Source: Vulcanimicrobiales bacterium (GTDB lineage Bacteria > Vulcanimicrobiota > Vulcanimicrobiia > Vulcanimicrobiales > Vulcanimicrobiaceae). From it: a stretch of DNA of 64,000 nucleotides. The position numbers were made by a program, and so were the translations under genes. Below, in pieces: positions 24,395-32,750 of the stretch. Under the pieces are notes generated by a model that was not told where the DNA came from, made no database searches, and saw only the letters and a program-made list of their open reading frames with translations. Location of the stretch: NCBI GenBank assembly GCA_038231455.1, contig JBBRLI010000007.1, positions 87,657-151,656 of the forward strand. Reading direction: 5' to 3'. Position 1 is the stretch's first letter. The number at the start of each line of letters is the position of its first letter.

Positions 24395-25066
24395 ATGCCT
24401 TTGAACGACTTCGCCGGACGCACGATGGTGGTTCGCATCGATGAGGGAACCCTCACCGCCGGCGGCTCGACGTTCCTGAGCGATCTTGCGTTCTTGGTCG
24501 AGCGTCAAGTCTCGCCGATCGTCGTCGCTCCCTCGAGTGACGTAGCGCGCGCCGTGGTGCGTACGATGAACCGCACGGGCGATACGGCCGTCGGTCTCTC
24601 GGGCGCGGATGCGGGCCTCGTGCCCTCGGCGGGCGGCGGCGGGATCGGTGCGATCCAATCGCGGCTGCTGCTGACGCTCGCAAGCGCCGGGTACATCCCC
24701 GTCATCGAGCCGACGGCGTTTGGACTCTTCGGAGGCGATATCGCGGTGAACGCGGACGATCTGGCCGGGGCGATCGCCTCGGCAACCGAAGCCGCGCGGG
24801 CGATCTTCTTTCACGATGCCGGCGGGATCGCCGATGGCGAACGGCTCATCGATGAGCTGACCCCCGCCGAAGCCCTCACCTTGAGCGAGAACGAAACGCT
24901 CGATCCGGACCTGCGAGCAGCCGTGCGTGCGGCGGCTCTGGGCGTGCGCGGCGGCGTCCGCGCGGCACAAATCGTCGATGGGCGGATTGCCCACGCCGCA
25001 ATTGTGGAATTCCTTACGGCAAGGCACTTGGGAACCCAAGTCGCCGGCACCGTCTTCCTGAGGTAA
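24395..25066 (+). CDS. Acetylglutamate kinase (ArgB)-like protein with degenerate catalytic motifs
   Basis: AVGLSGADAG, GYIPVI, VNADDLAGAIA and GVRAAQIVDGRIAHA...GT match the NAGK fold; KxGG and VHGGG are missing. Confidence 0.75.
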   Translation: MPLNDFAGRTMVVRIDEGTLTAGGSTFLSDLAFLVERQVSPIVVAPSSDVARAVVRTMNRTGDTAVGLSGADAGLVPSAGGGGIGAIQSRLLLTLASAGYIPVIEPTAFGLFGGDIAVNADDLAGAIASATEAARAIFFHDAGGIADGERLIDELTPAEALTLSENETLDPDLRAAVRAAALGVRGGVRAAQIVDGRIAHAAIVEFLTARHLGTQVAGTVFLR

Positions 25067-25070
25067 TTCC

Positions 25071-25850
25071 ATGCTCCAGTTCCGCCGACTCGCCGGCGCG
25101 GCCGCCGCCGCTCTCTTGATGTGCGCGCCGCTTGTCGCACGGGCCGATGATGGGCTCACCTCCAGCGGCTCGATCGTGATCCAAGCCGTGCTCTCCGGTC
25201 AGAAAATCAACGTTGGAAGCCCGATTGCGCTGTTGCGTTCGGGCTCGAGTTATCGTTTGGACGTCACGCAACTCGCGCCGGTCGGCGTCGACCCGACTGT
25301 GGCCGCGTTCCTTGCAGGCGCCCTACCGATTCATTCGTTCACGTTCATGTATGACGGAGCGACCGGCACCACGAGCGCGTACTCGAACGACAACCACACG
25401 TACTATCAGGAAACAAAGAAAGCATCCGGCACGACCGCTACCCCCGCACCCGCCGCACCGACAAACGGCGGCGATCCGCTCTCGCTCATCGCAATGTACG
25501 GCCGCATGCTGCGCGATGACAAAACGTTTTCGGCGACGCTGGATCTTGCCGGGCACGGCACGACCAACGGCCATCCCGCAACGAACGTGAACTTCGAATT
25601 CAAACAGCAGAAAACGGCCGGTGCGTTACAAGACTACCGCGCGCATCTCGCTCTCGCCGACGATCTCGACGGCTTTCCCATACAAATCGCGCTCGATTCG
25701 GTCGGCGTAAAATCGTCCGACTTCGCCGGTGCCTTGCGTCTGGATCTGACCAACGTGCAGCGTGCGGCTCCGCCGAGCGGTTCGTTTGCGATTCCAAGCG
25801 GATTCACGCGCGTGACGAGCCTCCAAGAAATTCTTCGTCCCGCTCACTAA
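25071..25850 (+). CDS. Secreted hypothetical protein
   Basis: Signal peptide ending ARA; C-terminal 'FAIPSGFTRV' typical of DUF4412/LolA-like beta proteins (weak). Confidence 0.7.
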   Translation: MLQFRRLAGAAAAALLMCAPLVARADDGLTSSGSIVIQAVLSGQKINVGSPIALLRSGSSYRLDVTQLAPVGVDPTVAAFLAGALPIHSFTFMYDGATGTTSAYSNDNHTYYQETKKASGTTATPAPAAPTNGGDPLSLIAMYGRMLRDDKTFSATLDLAGHGTTNGHPATNVNFEFKQQKTAGALQDYRAHLALADDLDGFPIQIALDSVGVKSSDFAGALRLDLTNVQRAAPPSGSFAIPSGFTRVTSLQEILRPAH

Positions 25851-27091
25851 CGGCACGGGTCGGGTACGCCTTGTAAGGCCGCGATACGCGTGCCGTACGA
25901 TGGGCGCGCGCCAAAATATATCCGTGCGGAACGCGGGAAACACAACTGCCGCGCACCGTCATCGACGATCCGCACGAGCGCTCGTATGCCGCCGGCGCGA
26001 TCGTGCGTCAGCGCGAGCGCGGCAATGTCGGCGCGCGTCGTCACCTCACGCGAATATGCATTATAGACCGGATAGAGCGCAAGACAGAACACACCAAGAA
26101 ACGCGGCGACAAGCGAGAGCCGGACGAGCGGATCGTCGTCGCGTCGGAATCCGATGCGGTCGCTTGCAAGAACCGCGAGTGCCGCCGCAACGGCAAGCAA
26201 AAACGTGCCGATGCACGTGCGCCGAAACGAATCCGCGGCCTCCGAGAGACTCTCGGCGATCAAATAGGCGATTTCATCGTCGCTCGCAACGGAGAGCAGC
26301 GAATCGGGCAACAGCACGCGCGTCGTCGGACCGAGGCCCTCGACGGCCGGTTCGTCGATCGTACGGCGCTGCGCGCTTGCCGTAACGACGATCGGTGTCG
26401 TGGTTTTCATCGTGGCTTCGATCGCGACGATACGCGCCCGAAGCGTGCGCGTTTGCAGCGCGCGTTCCGGTCCGAAAAACGGATCGAGGACGACTGGCCG
26501 CATCGCAGCGCCGAGCGATGCGAGGACAAAGAGACCGAAAAAGACCGCGACATACCACAGATGCGTTCGATCGACGAGTGCGAGCACGATCGCGACGAGC
26601 AATCCGACAACGATCATTCCGACGATCGTTCCGACGGAAAAATCGATCAGCCACGAGCCGATGTGCTGCTCCGTCAGGCCGACGTTGAACAGCAGACGAT
26701 AGGACGCAAATGAAAACGGTAGCCCCGCAAGCGCTCCCGTCAGCGCCAACAGTGCGCCGAAGAACAAGCGCTGGAGCGCAAGCATTCGCGTTCGGCGGCG
26801 CAGCCAATTGCGAATCCGCGCGGCATTCCCCGAACGCCACAGCCACGCAAAAGCAAGCACTTGCGCGATCGCCCATGCGAAAAAGAGCGGCCGCCGGATC
26901 CCGGTAATCGCGCGCGCTGCATGCTGACGGTTCACGTTCACAAGATGCACGACGCTCTGCGTGAGCAGCGTACGGTCGCTCATCGCCGAGACGTGGTGGT
27001 CGATCGCAACCGGCGTCGCCGCAAGCGTAGGAGCCGCTCCGAACAAGAGAAGAAAAAGCACCGTTAGCCAGGCGCAGGTGCGCCCGACCAA
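25847..27091 (-). CDS. M48 (Ste24/HtpX)-like membrane protein lacking Zn ligands
   Basis: Ste24-like TM layout and GLGPTTRVLLPDSLL...EIAYLIAESLSE where HExxH is expected; start position uncertain (TTG 27091). Confidence 0.75.
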   Translation of the reverse strand: MVGRTCAWLTVLFLLLFGAAPTLAATPVAIDHHVSAMSDRTLLTQSVVHLVNVNRQHAARAITGIRRPLFFAWAIAQVLAFAWLWRSGNAARIRNWLRRRTRMLALQRLFFGALLALTGALAGLPFSFASYRLLFNVGLTEQHIGSWLIDFSVGTIVGMIVVGLLVAIVLALVDRTHLWYVAVFFGLFVLASLGAAMRPVVLDPFFGPERALQTRTLRARIVAIEATMKTTTPIVVTASAQRRTIDEPAVEGLGPTTRVLLPDSLLSVASDDEIAYLIAESLSEAADSFRRTCIGTFLLAVAAALAVLASDRIGFRRDDDPLVRLSLVAAFLGVFCLALYPVYNAYSREVTTRADIAALALTHDRAGGIRALVRIVDDGARQLCFPRSARIYFGARPSYGTRIAALQGVPDPCR

Positions 27092-27107
27092 CCGTGCTTT
27101 TGTGGAC

Positions 27108-27611
27108 CTAACCGAGTTTACGCAGTTCGTCGAAAATCTGCTCTTCGTCGGGTTGCTCAGCGATGTCGTGGACATCGATGTAGCGGATGATACCTTGTTT
27201 GTCGATGATGAAGATCGCCCGTTCCGACATGCCTTCGGCACGCAGGACGCCGTATTTCTTTGCGACTTCGCCATGCGGCCAGAAATCGCTCAGTAACGGA
27301 TAGGTGATCTCTCCGAGGGTTTTCGCCCACGCGCGATTCGCGTGCTGGCTGTCGATCGAGATGCCCACAACTTGGGCATCATAGCCTTCGAAACGTTCGA
27401 GGTTCTCCTCGTACGAAGGCATTTGGCTGGCTCAAACGGCGGTAAATGCGAACGGGTAAAACGCGAGGACGACGTTTTTGCCTTTGAGGCTCGAGAGCTT
27501 CCACTTGTCTTGCGAGTTGTGGCTGCCAAGCTCGATCTCCGGCGCAACGTCACCGATCTTGAGCGTTGACGTCGAATTTGAAGTCGACGCGCGCCCTTTG
27601 GTGATGGCCAT
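27108..27611 (-). CDS. Selenocysteine-containing peroxiredoxin (AhpE-like), 167 aa, Sec at codon 60 (TGA 27434-27432)
   Basis: ATG 27611 with AGGAG RBS; continuous frame ...KIGDVAPE...VVLAFYPFAFTAV-TGA-ASQMPSY...LLSDFWPHGEVA...SERAIFIIDK. The TGA occupies the peroxidatic position of PxxxTxxC. Confidence 0.92.
27384..27420 (-). promoter_or_regulatory. Putative SECIS element of the peroxiredoxin
   Basis: Begins 11 nt after UGA: GCCUUCG-UA-CGAGG-AGAA-CCUCG-AACGUUU-CGAAGGC. Confidence 0.7.
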
Positions 27612-27730
27612 TCTAGTGAGATTCTCCTGGGTTCGGTCAGAGTGGGAATATCCCGACTCGCCTCATTGTTCGCAAATCCCCAGAGATGATGCTGGGAATC
27701 GCGTATGCGGCGGTCGGAATGCTTTTGGTG

Positions 27731-28399
27731 TTACGCGATCGTTCGAATCGAACCGGGTTCGATCGGATCGAGGACGGCGTTGAGCGCGGCGAGGAGTGTT
27801 TTGCGCTGCTCGGTCACATCGTTTGGCCCGCCCATCGGCGTCCCGATGCTGTGGTGGATCGGGTGAACGGCGCGCGGCGGACGCGCCGACGCCGTTTGCG
27901 CCGGTTCGACGGTGATGAGGATCGTCGGAATTCCGGCGGCTTCGATGGCTCGTTGGACATGCACGACCGTGCGATGACAGAGCGGTCAACCGCCGGTCAA
28001 GAGGACGAGATCCGTCGCGCTTCGTTCGATCTTCTTGGCGATTTCGGGACCGGTTTCGTCGAGCACTTGTTTCATCTTGAGCGTGTAGCCCATCATGCCG
28101 AAGAACTCGGTGTTCAGCCCTTTGATCGTCCCGTCGGCGACGAGTTCGCGCAGACGTTCGATCGGGAAGACCACATTGATATCCCGATCCGCTGCCGTGT
28201 GATCGTAGTGCGTGTGGGTTACCATCAGGTCGGCGACGCTTGTATCAGATGGAATGACGCGATACGAGCCGTCACCGTCCACGTTATACGGTTCTTGCGT
28301 CTTGAGATGCACACCGGCCGTCGACACGAGAGCGATCGTCGTGTCGCTCAGGTCGCGTTCAAACGGCGTATAGGGGATGGCGCGGCGGGCGAGTTCCAT
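27731..28399 (-). CDS. PrdB/GrdB-family selenoprotein, 222 aa, Sec at codon 138 (TGA 27988-27986)
   Basis: IALVSTAGVH, HYDH...DRDINVVFPIERLREL, then LVLLTGG-TGA-PLCHRTVVHVQRAIEAAGIPT in one frame. This is the UxxCH motif of D-proline reductase PrdB; joins ORF-track fragments 27986..28570 and 27731..27964. Confidence 0.92.
27958..27976 (-). promoter_or_regulatory. Putative SECIS element of the PrdB-like gene
   Basis: Begins 9 nt after UGA: CAU-C-GCAC-GGUC-GUGC-AUG, a small G-leading apical loop with a bulged C. Confidence 0.7.
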
Positions 28400-28403
28400 A
28401 CGG

Positions 28404-29024
28404 CTACATCGGACCCGGCGAAGGCGAGGAGCGTTGCAGCTCGGACGGAGTTGGTTCCGACGCGGGCTGCATTGCAGGTTCCGCGCCTGCGAGGTTTCCG
28501 ACAGCGGCGCTCGGAACGGCTTTCCAAACCGCCTCGGCCGTCGGCGGCAGTTTATCCATCCGCTTGACAAACGCGGCGATCTGCCAGCGCTGCGTGTCGT
28601 CGAGCGTTTTTGAGAATGCGGGCATCGCAGTGAAGCGGATGCCGTGCGTCACCTTGAAGTACGTCACGTTTTCCGGATCGTCAACAACGCTGCCGTCTTT
28701 CGTCGCGAGCATCGGCGATTCGACCGCGAAGCCTTGCGCGAGCAGCGACGGTTTGCCGTTTTCTGCGCCGTGACAGACGGCGCAATTTGCGCCGTAGAGT
28801 TTGACACCCGCGACGAGATCCGCATCCGTCGGTTTGAGCGGGCTCGCGAGCCCGGCGGCATCGCGATTGATCGACTTGTGCAGGCTTCGCACCGCAAGAT
28901 TTTTTTCGAGGGCACCCGGCGGCACGTCGGCGCGCGCCGGAACGTAACCGTTTGAAGCGGCATAGTAGCCGCCGGCGACAAGCGCGATGATCGCAACGAA
29001 GAAGCCGAAGAAGAAATTACGCAT
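28404..29024 (-). CDS. Membrane-anchored monoheme cytochrome c
   Basis: N-terminal TM, CAVCH heme motif and GIRFTAMPAF distal Met; abuts thyX and ends 4 bp before the PrdB-like start. Confidence 0.9.
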   Translation of the reverse strand: MRNFFFGFFVAIIALVAGGYYAASNGYVPARADVPPGALEKNLAVRSLHKSINRDAAGLASPLKPTDADLVAGVKLYGANCAVCHGAENGKPSLLAQGFAVESPMLATKDGSVVDDPENVTYFKVTHGIRFTAMPAFSKTLDDTQRWQIAAFVKRMDKLPPTAEAVWKAVPSAAVGNLAGAEPAMQPASEPTPSELQRSSPSPGPM

Positions 29025-29870
29025 TTACGATGTTGCCGCCGTTTGGTGATCTGCAATGATTTCGGTACTCGAGCGTTCCGGGCCGTTTTCGTCGATCGTC
29101 GCGCGCCGTTTTGCAGCGATGGGATTTGCAACGAGGATGTAGCGCGGGCATTCGGGACCGTTGGGTTCATTACAGTACCCGCGAACGCAACTCGCACCCG
29201 CGCGAATAAACAACGTCGGAGCCGCTTTTTTCGCAAGTCGCAACATCGCAAAGCCGAGTTCGCGAATCTCCCACTGCGCGTTATTGCACGTGCGCAGCGT
29301 GAAGAAGTCCAGCAGCGCGCGAGCATTTGCCGTAATGACGATCTGCGTCTCGGCTGCGTTCGGAAGCGCAAACCGGGCGTCTTCCGGCGGCGTCCCCGCC
29401 GCGAGCGCTTCCTGGTAAAAATCGGCGATCTGCGCCATGAGCACGTCGTACTTCGCCTTGATTTCCGGCCGCGCCGCAATCGAGGGGGGCGTGATGAAAT
29501 CGAACTGGCCTTTGACCTTAATGTAACGCTGGCTCTTCTGCTCGTACGACATGTGCCGGTGCCGGACCAGTTGGTGGGTGAGTGCCCGCGAGACACCGGC
29601 GACGCCGAAGGTGAACATCGTATGCTCGAACGTCGAGAGATGGCCCGCGTCCCGAACGCGTGAGACCATTTTTTTGACTTCGTCGTCGGTCCAGTTCTCG
29701 TCGATCGATTCGATATCGCGCGGGCTATAGCAGTTTCGAGCTGCCGTCGCGACGGCTTTTTCGGGTTCGGGGCTATGCGAGAGCAGGACGACTTTGAGCG
29801 CCAAGCGATCCTCCGGCCGGACTTTGAGAAGCGAAGTGGATTCGCCCGGCGACGGCCCATTCTTCTTCAT
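29025..29870 (-). CDS. thyX: FAD-dependent thymidylate synthase
   Basis: GHLSTFEH, RHRHMSYEQKSQRY (RHRx7S), EDARFALP and AQWEIR motifs. Confidence 0.96.
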   Translation of the reverse strand: MKKNGPSPGESTSLLKVRPEDRLALKVVLLSHSPEPEKAVATAARNCYSPRDIESIDENWTDDEVKKMVSRVRDAGHLSTFEHTMFTFGVAGVSRALTHQLVRHRHMSYEQKSQRYIKVKGQFDFITPPSIAARPEIKAKYDVLMAQIADFYQEALAAGTPPEDARFALPNAAETQIVITANARALLDFFTLRTCNNAQWEIRELGFAMLRLAKKAAPTLFIRAGASCVRGYCNEPNGPECPRYILVANPIAAKRRATIDENGPERSSTEIIADHQTAATS

Positions 29871-29984
29871 GGAGCCGCGGCGCGGAAAGCGTAATCTTTA
29901 CGGCCCGCCCCTAGCACCCTAGTGTGCCTTTGGTTACAATTTTGAAAGAAACGGGGCGGTCTGCCCGGTTTTTTTGGGGGATTC

Positions 29985-31325
29985 ATGGTACGCCGTACTA
30001 GCGCGCTGGTGTTTCTTTTTCTCCTCGCCGGATGTTCCGGCGGGGGCGGCGGCGCTGCGTCAACATATGTACCCGCGCCGGTCGCGCCTCCAATTGCGCC
30101 CCCGCGCACGCTCCAGTCGACGTTCAAACACGTCATCATGATCGTTCAAGAAAACCGCTCGGTCGACAACCTCTTTAATGGCTTCCCGGGCGCGGATACC
30201 GTCCCGTACGGCATCAACCACACGGGCGCCAAAGTCCCGCTCGTGCCGATCGGGCTTGGCGCCGGCGGCGATGTCGACCACAGCCATCGCGGTTGGCTCC
30301 GACAGTACAACAAAGGCAAGATGAACGGCTTCGATGCGACGACGAGCGGCACGTTCTTCCCGAACGTCCCCGAACATCCGGCCCCCGCGTATGGCATGGT
30401 TCCCCGAAGCGAATCGGCGCCGTACTGGGACATGGCCTCGCAATACACGTTTTCCGATCGATTCTTCCAAAGCAACAGTGGACCGAGCTTCCCCGCGCAT
30501 TTGTATTTGATCGCCGGCGGATCGAAACTGGTCGCCGAAAACCCGACCGACTCCAAATGGAACTGCAATTCGACTGCAGGCGCAACGGCCGACGTGTTGG
30601 ACTCGGTGAATACCGAGCTGTATACCGGCGCGACCAAACCGTGTAGCGAGGCGCAAACGCTCGGTGACGAACTCGATACCGCCAATCTTTCCTGGCGTTA
30701 TTACGCGCCGACCAGCGATGCGACGTCCACCGGCGGAATCTGGTCGGCTTATGCCAGTATTCCGCACATTCGCTTCGGCGCCGATTGGGCGAGGAACGTC
30801 ATCACCCCGGAAACGACCGTTCTCGACGATATCGCTGCAAAACGTCTCCCGACCGTCAGTTGGGTCGTGCCGAATTTTTCGAACAGCGATCATGCGGGCT
30901 TCGGCAGTTCGACCGGACCCGATTGGGTCGCAGCGGTCGTCAACGCCGTTGGGACGAGCGCGTACTGGCAAGATACGGCGATCTTCGTCACCTGGGATGA
31001 CTGGGGCGGCTGGTACGATCACGTGGCCCCGCCGCAGCTCGACTCGATGGGACTTGGCTTCCGCGTACCGATGATTGCGATCTCCGCCTATTCGCGCGCC
31101 CAATACGTCTCGCACACGCAGTACGAATTCGGAAGCCTCCTACGCTTTATTGAGGAAGACTTCCATCTGCCGACGCTCAGTAGTTCCGATGCGCGCGCCG
31201 CGACGCCGATCGAGCTCTTCAATTTCGCTGCGCCGGCGCGCGCTTTCGTCCCGATTGCAACGACGCATTCCGCGCAGTACTTCCGGCGCGAACAGGCCCG
31301 CGTAAATCGCGCGCCCGACGACTAA
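29985..31325 (+). CDS. Phosphoesterase/phospholipase C (AcpA-like) lipoprotein, copy 1
   Basis: Lipobox LAGC; HVIMIVQENRSVDN, GPSFPAH, TWDDWGGWYDHV and GFRVP motifs. Confidence 0.9.
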   Translation: MVRRTSALVFLFLLAGCSGGGGGAASTYVPAPVAPPIAPPRTLQSTFKHVIMIVQENRSVDNLFNGFPGADTVPYGINHTGAKVPLVPIGLGAGGDVDHSHRGWLRQYNKGKMNGFDATTSGTFFPNVPEHPAPAYGMVPRSESAPYWDMASQYTFSDRFFQSNSGPSFPAHLYLIAGGSKLVAENPTDSKWNCNSTAGATADVLDSVNTELYTGATKPCSEAQTLGDELDTANLSWRYYAPTSDATSTGGIWSAYASIPHIRFGADWARNVITPETTVLDDIAAKRLPTVSWVVPNFSNSDHAGFGSSTGPDWVAAVVNAVGTSAYWQDTAIFVTWDDWGGWYDHVAPPQLDSMGLGFRVPMIAISAYSRAQYVSHTQYEFGSLLRFIEEDFHLPTLSSSDARAATPIELFNFAAPARAFVPIATTHSAQYFRREQARVNRAPDD

Positions 31326-31409
31326 AAATAAAGAAGAAGGTACAATGGGATTAGAGGTCTCTTAAACCTTCTAGCCCCTTTCTGGTTGGCGTGATACAAC
31401 CAAGCCCTG

Positions 31410-32750
31410 ATGAAACGGACGGGACGGTTTATCTTTCTCCTCACCGCAACGACGGCGGTGATGTCCGCCTGTGGCGGTGGCGGCGGCTCGACTTCGCCGA
31501 TGTCGCTGCCCAGTGTGATGCCGAGCACACCGGCGCGTCCACCCGTATCAGCAAGCTCCGTTATCAAACATGTCGTTATCATCGTGCAAGAAAATCGTTC
31601 GTTCGATAACCTCTTCAACGGATTTCCGGGAGCCGATACGGCGCAAGGCGGCACGACGTCGACCGGCGCGTACATTCCGCTCGCGACGGTCGGCCTCGAA
31701 GACGGCGCCGATCCCAATCATCGCCGGTCGGATTTCGTTAATTCGTTTGATGGCGGCAAGATGGACGGCTTCGATAAAGTCGGCGTCTTCGGACCGTCGC
31801 GACCCTCCACGTACGTCTACGCAAAAGTGCCGCAAAGCGAAGTTCAACCGTATTGGGATTACGCGAAGAATTACGGTATCGCGGACCGGATGTTCCAATC
31901 ATCGACGAGCGCGAGTTTCACGCAACATCAATATCTGATTGCCGGCCAATCCGCTGGGTTGACCGATGTTCCCTCGGCATTGCCTTGGGGATGCGACGCA
32001 CCGGCCGGCACGACGACCGTCACCATCAACCCCGACGGATCGCTCGGCACCGGACCCTTTCCGTGCTTCTCGTATAAGACGATCGCCGACTCCCTCGATG
32101 CCAAAGGCATCTCCTGGGGCTATTATGCACCGGCGGTTAGCAGCGGCGATGTCGCCGGAAATATCTGGAGTGCGTTCGATGCGATTTCACCGGTGCGCTT
32201 CGGCGCCGACTGGACGCGCAACATCCATTCACCCGAAACGAACGTCCTGGGCGATATCACCGGCGGAACGTTGCCGAGCGTTTCGATCGTCATACCGGAT
32301 TCCGCGAATTCGGATCACGCGCGCTTTAGCGCCGTAAACGGCCCGGCTTGGGTAAGTTCGATCGTGAGTGCGGTCGGCAATTCGAAATACTGGAACGATA
32401 CGGCGATCTTCGTAACGTGGGACGACTGGGGCGGCTGGTACGATCACGTTCCGCCGATTGCGATCGATGCGGAGGGACCGGGAATGCGCGTCCCGCTTCT
32501 GGCGATCTCGCCGTATGCAAAACACGGCTATATCTCGCACACGATTTACGAAACGGCCAGCCTCACGCGCTTCGTTGAAGATGTCTTCGGCCTGGGAAAT
32601 ATGGGCCAGCGCGATGCAACCGCGCACAGTCCTGTCGATATGTTCGACTTCACGCAGACGGTGAAGCCGCTCGCTGCGGTTCGCACGACGAAGTCTATTC
32701 GCGACTTCCAGATGCAGCGTCCCTCCGGACTCGCACCCGACACGGACTAA
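31410..32750 (+). CDS. Phosphoesterase/phospholipase C (AcpA-like) lipoprotein, copy 2
   Basis: Lipobox MSAC; HVVIIVQENRSFDN, TWDDWGGWYDHV and GMRVP motifs. Confidence 0.9.
   Translation: MKRTGRFIFLLTATTAVMSACGGGGGSTSPMSLPSVMPSTPARPPVSASSVIKHVVIIVQENRSFDNLFNGFPGADTAQGGTTSTGAYIPLATVGLEDGADPNHRRSDFVNSFDGGKMDGFDKVGVFGPSRPSTYVYAKVPQSEVQPYWDYAKNYGIADRMFQSSTSASFTQHQYLIAGQSAGLTDVPSALPWGCDAPAGTTTVTINPDGSLGTGPFPCFSYKTIADSLDAKGISWGYYAPAVSSGDVAGNIWSAFDAISPVRFGADWTRNIHSPETNVLGDITGGTLPSVSIVIPDSANSDHARFSAVNGPAWVSSIVSAVGNSKYWNDTAIFVTWDDWGGWYDHVPPIAIDAEGPGMRVPLLAISPYAKHGYISHTIYETASLTRFVEDVFGLGNMGQRDATAHSPVDMFDFTQTVKPLAAVRTTKSIRDFQMQRPSGLAPDTD

Noticed and set aside
27108-28570. Pseudogenes or split ORFs (27108..27422, 27731..27964, 27986..28570)
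   Set aside because: Each break is a single in-frame TGA at the catalytic Cys position followed by a hairpin; selenocysteine explains this better.
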